Of a DNA stretch of 64,000 nt, positions 29,601-44,700 are shown one piece after another. Origin of the DNA: Eledone cirrhosa (lineage: Eukaryota). The position numbers and the translations under genes are program-made. The notes beneath the pieces are model-generated. The model made no database searches and was not told the DNA's origin. It saw nothing but the letters and a program-made list of their open reading frames with translations. Positions within the stretch are counted from its first letter, which is position 1. Every line of letters starts with the position of its first letter. The DNA lies in assembly GCA_964016885.1 (NCBI GenBank), contig OZ024740.1:409262001-409326000 (forward strand), read 5' to 3'.

Positions 29601-32600
29601 TTTAGTCATCAATCTCATGCATGTGATATGAGCACAACTTTCGACATTTAGTCATCGATCTTATGCATGTGATATCAACACAACTTTCGATATTTACTCA
29701 TCAATCTCATGCATGTGATATCAATACAACGTTCGACATTTAGTCATCAATCTCATGCATGTGATATCAACACAACTTTCGATATTTAGTCATCGATCTC
29801 ATGTATGTGATATGACCACAACTTTCGACATTTAGTCATCAATCTCATGCATGTGATATCAGCACAACTTTCGACATTTAGTCATCGATCTCATGCATGT
29901 GATATCAACACAACTTTCGACATTTAGTCATCAATCTCATGCATTTGATATGACCACAACTTTCGACATTTAGTCATCGATCTCATGCATGTGATATCAG
30001 CACAACTTTCGACATTTAGTCATCGATCTCATGCATGTGATATCAACACAACTTTCGACATTTAGTCATCAATCTCATGCATGTGATATGAGCACAACCT
30101 TCGATATATAGTCATCAAACTCATGCATGTGATATGAGCACAACTTTTGATATTTAGTCATCAAACTCATGCATGTGATATCAACACAAGTTTCGATATT
30201 TAGTCATCAATCTCATGCATGTGATATGAGCACAACCTTCGATATATAGTCATCAAACTCATGCATGTGATATCAACACAACTTTCGATATTAATCATCA
30301 ATCTCATGCATGTAATATGAGCACAACTTTCGACATTTAGTAGTCGATCACATGCATGTGATATCAACACAACTTTCGACATTTAGTCATCGATCTCATG
30401 CATGTGATATGAGCACAACTTTCGATATTTAGTCATCAATCCCATGCATGTGACATCAACACAACTTTCGACATTTAGTCATCGATCTCATGCATGTGAT
30501 ATCAATACAACTTTCGATATTTAGTCATCGGTCTCATCCATGTGATATGAGCACAACTTTCGATATTTAGTCATCAATCTCATGCATGTGATATCAATAC
30601 AACTTTCGAGAATTAGTCATCGCTCTCATGCATGTGATATCAACACAAGTTTCGACATTCAGTCATCAATCTAATGCATGTGATATCAACACAACTTTTG
30701 ACATTTAGTCATCAATCTCATGCATGTGATATGAGCACAACTTTCGATATTTAGTCATCAAACTCATGCATGTGATATCAAAACAAGTTTCGATATTTAG
30801 TCATCAATCTCATGCATGTGATATGAGCACAACCTTCGATATATAGTCATCAAACTCATGCATGTGATATCAACACAACTTTCGATATTTAGTCATGAAA
30901 CTCATGCATGTGATATCAACAGAACTTTCGACATTTAGTAATCAATCTCATGCATGTGATATGAGCACAACTTTCGACATTTAGTCATCGATCTCATGCA
31001 TGTGATATCAACACATCTTTCGACATATATTCATCGATCTCATGCATGTGATATCAATACAACTTTCGACAATTAGTCATCGATCTCATGCATGTGACAT
31101 CATCACAACGTTCGACATTTAGTCATCAATCTCATGCATGTAATATCAACACAACTTTCTATATTTAATCCTCAATCTCATGCATGTGATATCAACATAA
31201 CCTTCGATATTTAGTCATCAATCTCATGCATGTGATATCAATACAACGTTCGACATTTAGTCATCAATCTCATGCATGTCATATGAGCACAACGTTCGAC
31301 ATTTAGTCATCGATCTCATGCATGTGATATCAACACAACCTTCGACATTTAGTCATCGATCTCATGCTTGTGATAAGAGCGCAACTTTCGACATTTAGTC
31401 ATCGATCTCATGCATGTGATATCAACACAACTTTCGATATTTAGTCATCAATCTCATGCATGTGATATGAGCACAACTTTCGACATTTAGTCATCGATCT
31501 TATGCATGTGATATCAACACAACTTTCGATATTTACTCATCAATCTCATGCATGTGATATCAATACAACGTTCGACATTTAGTCATCAATCTCATGCATG
31601 TGATATCAACACAACTTTCGATATTTAGTCATCGATCTCATGTATGTGATATGACCACAACTTTCGACATTTAGTCATCAATCTCATGCATGTGATATCA
31701 GCACAACTTTCGACATTTAGTCATCGATCTCATGCATGTGATATCAACACAACTTTCGACATTTAGTCATCAATCTCATGCATTTGATATGACCACAACT
31801 TTCGACATTTAGTCATCGATCTCATGCATGTGATATCAGCACAACTTTCGACATTTAGTCATCGATCTCATGCATGTGATATCAACACAACTTTCGACAT
31901 TTAGTCATCAATCTCATGCATGTGATATGAGCACAACCTTCGATATATAGTCATCAAACTCATGCATGTGATATGAGCACAACGTTTGATATTTAGTTAT
32001 CAAACTCATGCATGTGATATCAACACAAGTTTCGATATTTAGTCATCAATCTCATGCATGTGATATGAGCACAACCTTCGATATATAGTCATCAAACTCA
32101 TGCATGTGATATCAACACAACTTTCGATATTAATCATCAATCTCATGCATGTAATATGAGCACAACTTTCGACATTTAGTAGTCGATCACATGCATGTGA
32201 TATCAACACAACTTTCGATATTTAGTCATCGGTCTCATCCATGTGATATGAGCACAACTTTCGATATTTAGTCATCAATCTCATGCATGTGATATCAATA
32301 CAACTTTCGAGAATTAGTCATCGCTCTCATGCATGTGATATCAACACAAGTTTCGACATTCAGTCATCAATCTCATGCATGTGATATCAACACAACTTTC
32401 GACATTTAGTCATCAATCTCATGCATGTGATATGAGCACAACTCTCGATATTTAGTCATCAAACTCATGCATGTGATATCAAAACAAGTTTCAATATTTA
32501 GTCATCAATCTCATGCATGTGATATGAGCACAACCTTCGATATATAGTCATCAAACTCATGCATGTGATATCAACACAACTTTCGATATTTAGTCATGAA

Positions 32601-35600
32601 ACTCATGCATGTGATATCAACAGAACCTTCGACATTTAGTAATCAATCTCATGCATGTGATATGAGCACAACTTTCGACATTTAGTCATCGATCTCATGC
32701 ATCTGATATCAATACAACTTTCGACATATAGTCATCGATCTCATGCATGTGATATGAGCACAACCTTCGATATTTAGTCATCAATCTCATGCATGTGATA
32801 TCAATACAACTTTCGACAATTAGTCATCGATCTCATGCATGTGACATCATCACAACTTTCGACATTTAGTCATCAATCTCATGCATGTAATATCAACACA
32901 ACTTTCTATATTTAATCCTCAATCTCATGCATGTGATATCAACATAACCTTCGATATTTAGTCATCAATCTCATGCATGTGATATGAGCAAAACTTTCGA
33001 CATTTAGTCATCAATCTCATGCATGTGATATGAGCACAACCTTCGACATTTAGTCATCAATCTCATGCATGTGATATGATCAGGACTTTCGACATTTAGT
33101 CATCGATCTTATGCATGTGATATGATCAGAACTTTCGACATTTAGTCATCGATCTCATGCATGTGATATGAGCACAACTTTCGATATTTAGTCATCGATC
33201 TCATGCATGTGATATGAGCACAACTTTCGATATTTAGTCATCGATCTCATGCATGTGATATCAATACAACTTTCGACAATTAGTCATCGATCTCATGCAT
33301 GTGATATCAACACAACCTTCGACATTTAGTCATCGATCTCATGCATGTGACATCATCACAACTTTCGACATTTAGTCATCGATCTTATACATGTGATATG
33401 ATCAGAACTTTCGACATTTAGTCATCAATCTCATGCATGTGATATCAACAGAACTTTCGATATTTAGTCATCAATCTCATGCATGTGATATGAGCACAAC
33501 CTTCGACATTTAGTCATCGATCACATGCATGTGATATCAACACAACTTTCGACATTTAGTCATCGATCTCATGCATGTGATATGAGCACAACTTTCGATA
33601 TTTATTCATCGATCTCATGCATGTGATATGAGCACAACTTTCGATATTTAGTCATCGATCTCATGCATGTGATATCAATACAACCTTCGACAATTAGTCA
33701 TCGATCTCATGCATGTGATATCAACACAACCTTCGACATTTAGTCATCGATCTCATGCATGTGACATCATCACAACTTTCGACATTTAGTCATCAATCTC
33801 ATGCATGTAATATCAACACAACTTTCTATATTTAGTCATCAATCTCATGCATGTGATATGTGCACAACTTTCGATATTTAGTCATCAATCTCATGCATGT
33901 CATATGAGCACAACGTTCGACATTTAGTCATCGATCTCATGCATGTGATATCAACACAACCTTCGACATTTAGTCATCGATCTCACGCATGTGATATTAA
34001 CACAACTTTCGACATATAGTCATCAATCTCATGCATGTGATATGAGCACAACGTTCGACATTTAGTCATCGATCTCATGCATGTGATATCAACACAACCT
34101 TCGACATTTAGTCATCGATCTCATGCATGTGATATTAACACAACTTTCGACATATAGTCATCAATCTCATGCATGTGATATGAGCACAACTTTCGATATT
34201 TAGTCAACAATCTCATGCATGTGATATGAGCGCAACTTTCGACATTTAGTCATCCATCTCATGCATGTGATATCAACACAACTTTCGATATTTAGTCATC
34301 AATCTCATGCATGTGATATGAGCACAACTTTCGACATTTAGTCATCGATCTTATGCATGTGATATCAACACAACTTTCGATATTTACTCATCAATCTCAT
34401 GCATGTGATATCAATACAACGTTCGACATTTAGTCATCAATCTCATGCATGTGATATCAACACAACTTTCGATATTTAGTCATCGATCTCATGTATGTGA
34501 TATGACCACAACTTTCGACATTTAGTCATCGATCTCATGCATTTGATATGACCACAACTTTCGACATTTAGTCATCGATCTCATGCATGTGATATCAGCA
34601 CAACCTTCGACATTTAGTCATCGATCTCATGCATGTGATATCAACACAACTTTCGACATTTAGTCATCAATCTTATGCATGTGATATGAGCACAACCTTC
34701 GATATATAGTCATCAAACTCATGCATGTGATATGAGCACAACGTTTGATATTTAGTCATCAAACTCATGCATGTGATATCAACACAAGTTTCGATATTTA
34801 GTCATCAACCTCATGCATGTGATATGAGCACAACCTTCGATATATAGTCATCAAACTCATGCATGTGATATCAACACAACTTTCGATATTAATCATCAAT
34901 CTCATGCATGTAATATGAGCACAACTTTCGACATTTAGTAATCGATCACATGCATGTGATATCAACACAACTTTCGACATTTAGTCATCGATCTCATGCA
35001 TGTGATATGAGCACAACTTTCGATATTTAGTCATCAATCTCATGCATGTGACATCAACACAACTTTCGACATTTAGTCATCGATCTCATGCATGTGATAT
35101 CAATACAACTTTCGATATTTAGTCATCGGTCTCATCCATGTGATATGAGCACAACTTTCGATATTTAGTCATCAATCTCATGCATGTGATATCAATACAA
35201 CTTTCGAGAATTAGTCATCGCTCTCATGCATGTGATATCAACACAAGTTTCGACATTCAGTCATCAATCTCATGCATGTGATATCAACACAACTTTCGAC
35301 ATTTAGTCATCAATCTCATGCATGTGATATGAGCACAACTTTCAATATTTAGTCATCAAACTCATGCATGTGATATCAAAACAAGTTTCGATATTTAGTC
35401 ATCAATCTCATGCATGTGATATGAGCACAACCTTCGATATATAGTCATCAAACTCATGCATGTGATATCAACACAACTTTCGATATTTAGTCATGAAACT
35501 CATGCATGTGATATCAACAGAACTTTCGACATTTAGTAATCAATCTCATGCATGTGATATGAGCACAACTTTCGACATTTAGTCATCGATCTCATGCATG

Positions 35601-35799
35601 TGATATCAACACATCTTTCGACATATATTCATCGATCTCATGCATGTGATATCAATACAACTTTCGACAATTAGTCATCGATCTCATGCATGTGACATCA
35701 TCACAACTTTCGACATTTAGTCATCAATCTCATGCATGTAATATCAACACAACTTTCTATATTTAATCCTCAATCTCATGCATGTGATATCAACATAAC

Positions 35800-38700
35800 C
35801 TTCGATATTTAGTCATCAATCTCATGCATGTGATATCAATACAACGTTCGACATTTAGTCATCGATCTCATACATGTGATATGAGCACAACTTTCGATAT
35901 TTAGTCATCAAACTCATGCATGTCATATAAACACAACTTTCGATATTTAGTCATCGATCTCATGCATGTGATATGAGCACAACTTTCGATATTTAGTCAT
36001 CAATCTCATGCATGTGATATCAACACAACTTTCGACATTTAGTCATCGATATTATGCATGTGATATGAGCACAACTTTCTATATTTAGTCATCGATCTCA
36101 TGCATGTGATATCAACACAACTTACATATTTAGTCATCGATCTCATGCATGTGATATCAACACAACTTTCGACATTTAGTCATCAATCTCATGCATGTGA
36201 TATGAGCACAACCTTCGTCATTTAGTCATCAATCTCATGCATGTGATATCAACACAACTTTCGACATTTACTCATCAATCTCATGCATGTGATATCAACA
36301 CAACTTTCGACATTTAGTCATCAATCTCATGCATATGATATGAATACAACTTTTGAATTTAGTAAAGGATCTCATGCATGTGATGTGAGTACAATCTTCG
36401 ACATTTAGTCATCAATCTCATGCATGTGATATCAACAAAACTTTCGATATTTAGTCATAAATCTCATGCATGTGATATCAACAAAACTTTCGACATCTAG
36501 TCATCGATCTCATGCATGTGATATGAGCACAACCTTCGACATTTAGTAATCAAACTCATGCATGTGATATCAACACAACGTTCGACATTTAGTCCTCAAA
36601 CTCATGCATGTGATATCAACACAACTTTCGACATTTTGTCATCGATCTCATGCATGTGATATCAACACAACTTTCGACATTTAGTTATCGATATCATGCA
36701 TGTGATATGAGCACAACTTTCGACATTAGGTCATCAAATTCATGCATGTGATATCAACACAGCTTTCGACATTTAATCATCGATCTCATGCATGTGATAT
36801 CAACACAACGTTCGACATTTAGTCATCAAACTCATGCATGTGATATCAACACAACTTTCAACATTTATTCATCGATCTCATGCATGTGATATCAACGCAA
36901 CTTTCGACATCTGTCATCGATCTCATGCATGTGATATGAGCACAACTTTCGATATTTAGTCAGCAATTTCATTCATGTGATATCAGCACAACTCTCGACA
37001 TTTAGTCATCGATCTTATGCATGTGATATAAACACAACTTTCGATATTTAGTCATCGATCTCATGCATGTGATATCAACACAAATTACATATTTAGTCAT
37101 CGATCTCATGCATGTGATATCAACACAACTTTCGACATTTAGTCATCAATCTCATGCATGTGATATGAGCACAACTTTCGTCATTTAGTCATCAATCTTA
37201 TGCATGTGATATCAACACAACTTTCGACATTTACTCATCAATCTCATGCATGTGATATCTATACAACTTTCGATATTTAGTCATCAATCTCATGCATGTG
37301 ATATCAACAAAACTTTCGATATTTAGTCATAAATCTCATGCATGTGATATCAACAAAACTTTCGACATCTAGTCATCGATCTCATGCATGTGATATCAAC
37401 ACAACTTTCGACATTTAGTTATCGATCTCATGCATGTGATATGAGCACAACTTTCGACTTAAGGTCATCAAATTCATGCATGTGATATCAACACAGCTTT
37501 CGACATTTAATCATCGATCTCATGCATGTGATATCAACACAACGCTCGACATTTAGTCATCAAACTCATGCATGTGATATCAACACAACTTTCGACATTT
37601 ACTCATCGATCTCATGCATGTGATATCAATACAACTTTCAACATTTAGCCATCAATCTCATGCATGTGATATAAACAGAACTTTTAATATTTAGTCATCA
37701 ATCTCATGCATGTGATATCAACACAACTTTCGGTATTTAGTCAGCAATCTCATGCATGTGATATGAGCACAACTTTCGACATTTAGTCATCGGTCTCATG
37801 CATGTGATATCAACACAACTTTCGATAATTAGTCATCAATCTCATGCATGTGATATCAACGCAACTTTCGACATCTGTCATCGATCTCATGCATGTGATA
37901 TGAGCACAACTTTCGATATTTAGTCATCAATCTCATGCATGTGATATCAACACAACTTTCGACATTTAGTCATCCATCTCATGCATGTTATATGAGCACA
38001 ACCTTCGACATTTAGTAATCAAACTCATGCATGTGATATCAACACAACGTTCGACATTTAGTCATCAAACTCATGCATGTGATATCAACACAACTTTTGA
38101 CATTTAGTCATCGATCTCATGCATGTGATATCAACACAATTTCGACAATTAGTCATCGATCTGATGCATGTGATACAAATACAGCTTTCGACATTTAGTC
38201 ATCGATCTCATGCATGCGATATCAACACAACTTTCGACATTTAGTCATCGATCTCATGCATGTGATATCAACACAACTTTCGACATTTAGTCATCAATCT
38301 CATGCATGTGATATCAACACAACTTTCGATAATTAGTCATCAATTTCATGCATGTGACATCAGCACAACTTTCGACATTTAGTAAAGGATCTCATGCATG
38401 TGATAATAGTACAATCTTCGACATTTAGTCATCAATCTCATGCATGTGATATCAACAAAACTTTCGATATTTAGTCATCAATCTCATGCATGTGACATCA
38501 ACAAAACTTTCGACATTTAGTCATCGATCTCATGAATGTGATATGAGCACAACTTTCGACATTTAGTCATCGATCTCATGCATGTGATATCAACACAACT
38601 TTCGATATTTAGTCATCAATCTCATGCATGTGATATGTGCACAACTTTCGATATTTAGTCATCAAACTCATGCATGTGATATCAACACAACTTTCGACAT

Positions 38701-41700
38701 TTATTCATCGATCTCATGCATGTGATATCAAAACAACCTTAGACATTTAGTCATCGATTTCATGCATGTGATATCAATACAACTTTCGACATTTAGTCAT
38801 CAATCTCATGCATGTGATATGATCACAACTTTCGACATTTAGTCATCAATCTCATGCATGTGATATCAACAGAACTTTTAATATTTAGTCATCAATCTCA
38901 TGCATGTGATATCAACGCAACTTTCGACATCTCTCATCGATCTCATGCATGTGATATGAGCAAAACTTTCGATATTTAGTCAGCAATTTCATTCATGTGA
39001 TATCAGCACAACTCTCGATATTTAGTCATTGATCTCATGCATGTGATATGAGCACAACTTTCGATATTTAGTCATCAAACTCATGCATGTGATATCAACA
39101 CAACTTTCGACAATTAGTCGTCGATCTCATGCATGTGATATCAACACAACTTTCGACATTTAGTCATCGATCTCATGCATGTGATATCAACAGAATTTTC
39201 GATATTTAGTCATCAATCTCATGCATGTGATATCAACACAACTTTCGACATTTAGTCATCAATCTCATGCATATGATATCAATACAACTTTCGAATTTAG
39301 TAAAGGATCTCATGCATGTGATGTGAGTACAATCTTCGACATTTAGTCATCAATCTCATGCATGTGATATCAACAAAACTTTCGATATTTAGTCATAAAT
39401 CTCATGCATGTGATATCAACAAAACTTTCGACATCTAGTCATCGATCTCATGCATGTGATATGAGCACAACCTTCGACATTTAGTAATCAAACTCATGCA
39501 TGTGATATCAACACAACGTTCGACATTTAGTCCTCAAACTCATGCATGTGATATCAACACAACTTTCGACATTTAGTCATCGATCTCATGCATGTGATAT
39601 CAACACAACTTTCGACATTTAGTCATCAATCTCATGCATGTAATATCAACACAACTTTCTATATTTAATCCTCAATCTCATGCATGTGATATCAACATAA
39701 CCTTCGATATTTAGTCATCAATCTCATGCATGTGATATCAATACAACGTTCGACATTTAGTCATCGATCTCATACATGTGATATGAGCACAACTTTCGAT
39801 ATTTAGTCATCAAACTCATGCATGTCATATAAACACAACTTTCGATATTTAGTCATCGATCTCATGCATGTGATATGAGCACAACTTTCGATATTTAGTC
39901 ATCAATCTCATGCATGTGATATCAACACAACTTTCGACATTTAGTCATCGATATTATGCATGTGATATGAGCACAACTTTCTATATTTAGTCATCGATCT
40001 CATGCATGTGATATCAACACAACTTACATATTTAGTCATCGATCTCATGCATGTGATATCAACACAACTTTCGACATTTAGTCATCAATCTCATGCATGT
40101 GATATGAGCACAACCTTCGTCATTTAGTCATCAATCTCATGCATGTGATATCAACACAACTTTCGACATTTACTCATCAATCTCATGCATGTGATATCAA
40201 CACAACTTTCGACATTTAGTCATCAATCTCATGCATATGATATGAATACAACTTTTGAATTTAGTAAAGGATCTCATGCATGTGATGTGAGTACAATCTT
40301 CGACATTTAGTCATCAATCTCATGCATGTGATATCAACAAAACTTTCGATATTTAGTCATAAATCTCATGCATGTGATATCAACAAAACTTTCGACATCT
40401 AGTCATCGATCTCATGCATGTGATATGAGCACAACCTTCGACATTTAGTAATCAAACTCATGCATGTGATATCAACACAACGTTCGACATTTAGTCCTCA
40501 AACTCATGCATGTGATATCAACACAACTTTCGACATTTAGTCATCGATCTCATGCATGTGATATCAACACAACTTTCGACATTTAGTCATCAATCTCATG
40601 CATGTAATATCAACACAACTTTCTATATTTAATCCTCAATCTCATGCATGTGATATCAACATAACCTTCGATATTTAGTCATCAATCTCATGCATGTGAT
40701 ATCAATACAACGTTCGACATTTAGTCATCGATCTCATACATGTGATATGAGCACAACTTTCGATATTTAGTCATCAAACTCATGCATGTCATATAAACAC
40801 AACTTTCGATATTTAGTCATCGATCTCATGCATGTGATATGAGCACAACTTTCGATATTTAGTCATCAATCTCATGCATGTGATATCAACACAACTTTCG
40901 ACATTTAGTCATCGATATTATGCATGTGATATGAGCACAACTTTCTATATTTAGTCATCGATCTCATGCATGTGATATCAACACAACTTACATATTTAGT
41001 CATCGATCTCATGCATGTGATATCAACACAACTTTCGACATTTAGTCATCAATCTCATGCATGTGATATGAGCACAACCTTCGTCATTTAGTCATCAATC
41101 TCATGCATGTGATATCAACACAACTTTCGACATTTACTCATCAATCTCATGCATGTGATATCAACACAACTTTCGACATTTAGTCATCAATCTCATGCAT
41201 ATGATATGAATACAACTTTTGAATTTAGTAAAGGATCTCATGCATGTGATGTGAGTACAATCTTCGACATTTAGTCATCAATCTCATGCATGTGATATCA
41301 ACAAAACTTTCGATATTTAGTCATAAATCTCATGCATGTGATATCAACAAAACTTTCGACATCTAGTCATCGATCTCATGCATGTGATATGAGCACAACC
41401 TTCGACATTTAGTAATCAAACTCATGCATGTGATATCAACACAACGTTCGACATTTAGTCCTCAAACTCATGCATGTGATATCAACACAACTTTCGACAT
41501 TTTGTCATCGATCTCATGCATGTGATATCAACACAACTTTCGACATTTAGTTATCGATATCATGCATGTGATATGAGCACAACTTTCGACATTAGGTCAT
41601 CAAATTCATGCATGTGATATCAACACAGCTTTCGACATTTAATCATCGATCTCATGCATGTGATATCAACACAACGTTCGACATTTAGTCATCAAACTCA

Positions 41701-44700
41701 TGCATGTGATATCAACACAACTTTCAACATTTATTCATCGATCTCATGCATGTGATATCAACGCAACTTTCGACATCTGTCATCGATCTCATGCATGTGA
41801 TATGAGCACAACTTTCGATATTTAGTCAGCAATTTCATTCATGTGATATCAGCACAACTCTCGACATTTAGTCATCGATCTTATGCATGTGATATAAACA
41901 CAACTTTCGATATTTAGTCATCGATCTCATGCATGTGATATCAACACAAATTACATATTTAGTCATCGATCTCATGCATGTGATATCAACACAACTTTCG
42001 ACATTTAGTCATCAATCTCATGCATGTGATATGAGCACAACTTTCGTCATTTAGTCATCAATCTTATGCATGTGATATCAACACAACTTTCGACATTTAC
42101 TCATCAATCTCATGCATGTGATATCTATACAACTTTCGATATTTAGTCATCAATCTCATGCATGTGATATCAACAAAACTTTCGATATTTAGTCATAAAT
42201 CTCATGCATGTGATATCAACAAAACTTTCGACATCTAGTCATCGATCTCATGCATGTGATATCAACACAACTTTCGACATTTAGTTATCGATCTCATGCA
42301 TGTGATATGAGCACAACTTTCGACTTAAGGTCATCAAATTCATGCATGTGATATCAACACAGCTTTCGACATTTAATCATCGATCTCATGCATGTGATAT
42401 CAACACAACGCTCGACATTTAGTCATCAAACTCATGCATGTGATATCAACACAACTTTCGACATTTACTCATCGATCTCATGCATGTGATATCAATACAA
42501 CTTTCAACATTTAGCCATCAATCTCATGCATGTGATATAAACAGAACTTTTAATATTTAGTCATCAATCTCATGCATGTGATATCAACACAACTTTCGGT
42601 ATTTAGTCAGCAATCTCATGCATGTGATATGAGCACAACTTTCGACATTTAGTCATCGGTCTCATGCATGTGATATCAACACAACTTTCGATAATTAGTC
42701 ATCAATCTCATGCATGTGATATCAACGCAACTTTCGACATCTGTCATCGATCTCATGCATGTGATATGAGCACAACTTTCGATATTTAGTCATCAATCTC
42801 ATGCATGTGATATCAACACAACTTTCGACATTTAGTCATCCATCTCATGCATGTTATATGAGCACAACCTTCGACATTTAGTAATCAAACTCATGCATGT
42901 GATATCAACACAACGTTCGACATTTAGTCATCAAACTCATGCATGTGATATCAACACAACTTTTGACATTTAGTCATCGATCTCATGCATGTGATATCAA
43001 CACAATTTCGACAATTAGTCATCGATCTGATGCATGTGATACAAATACAGCTTTCGACATTTAGTCATCGATCTCATGCATGCGATATCAACACAACTTT
43101 CGACATTTAGTCATCGATCTCATGCATGTGATATCAACACAACTTTCGACATTTAGTCATCAATCTCATGCATGTGATATCAACACAACTTTCGATAATT
43201 AGTCATCAATTTCATGCATGTGACATCAGCACAACTTTCGACATTTAGTAAAGGATCTCATGCATGTGATAATAGTACAATCTTCGACATTTAGTCATCA
43301 ATCTCATGCATGTGATATCAACAAAACTTTCGATATTTAGTCATCAATCTCATGCATGTGACATCAACAAAACTTTCGACATTTAGTCATCGATCTCATG
43401 AATGTGATATGAGCACAACTTTCGACATTTAGTCATCGATCTCATGCATGTGATATCAACACAACTTTCGATATTTAGTCATCAATCTCATGCATGTGAT
43501 ATGTGCACAACTTTCGATATTTAGTCATCAAACTCATGCATGTGATATCAACACAACTTTCGACATTTATTCATCGATCTCATGCATGTGATATCAAAAC
43601 AACCTTAGACATTTAGTCATCGATTTCATGCATGTGATATCAATACAACTTTCGACATTTAGTCATCAATCTCATGCATGTGATATGATCACAACTTTCG
43701 ACATTTAGTCATCAATCTCATGCATGTGATATCAACAGAACTTTTAATATTTAGTCATCAATCTCATGCATGTGATATCAACGCAACTTTCGACATCTCT
43801 CATCGATCTCATGCATGTGATATGAGCAAAACTTTCGATATTTAGTCAGCAATTTCATTCATGTGATATCAGCACAACTCTCGATATTTAGTCATTGATC
43901 TCATGCATGTGATATGAGCACAACTTTCGATATTTAGTCATCAAACTCATGCATGTGATATCAACACAACTTTCGACAATTAGTCGTCGATCTCATGCAT
44001 GTGATATCAACACAACTTTCGACATTTAGTCATCGATCTCATGCATGTGATATCAACAGAATTTTCGATATTTAGTCATCAATCTCATGCATGTGATATC
44101 AACACAACTTTCGACATTTAGTCATCAATCTCATGCATATGATATCAATACAACTTTCGAATTTAGTAAAGGATCTCATGCATGTGATGTGAGTACAATC
44201 TTCGACATTTAGTCATCAATCTCATGCATGTGATATCAACAAAACTTTCGATATTTAGTCATAAATCTCATGCATGTGATATCAACAAAACTTTCGACAT
44301 CTAGTCATCGATCTCATGCATGTGATATGAGCACAACCTTCGACATTTAGTAATCAAACTCATGCATGTGATATCAACACAACGTTCGACATTTAGTCCT
44401 CAAACTCATGCATGTGATATCAACACAACTTTCGACATTTAGTCATCGATCTCATGCATGTGATATCAACACAACTTTCGACATTTAGTCATCAATCTCA
44501 TGCATTTGATATAAACACAACTTTCGACATTTAGTCATCGATCTCATGCATGTGATATCAACACAACTTTCGACATTTAGTCATCGATCTCCTGCATGTA
44601 ATATCAACACAACATTCGACATTCAGTCATCGATCTCATGCATGTGATATCAACGCAACCTTCGACATTTAGTCATCAATCTCATGCATGTGATATGAGT

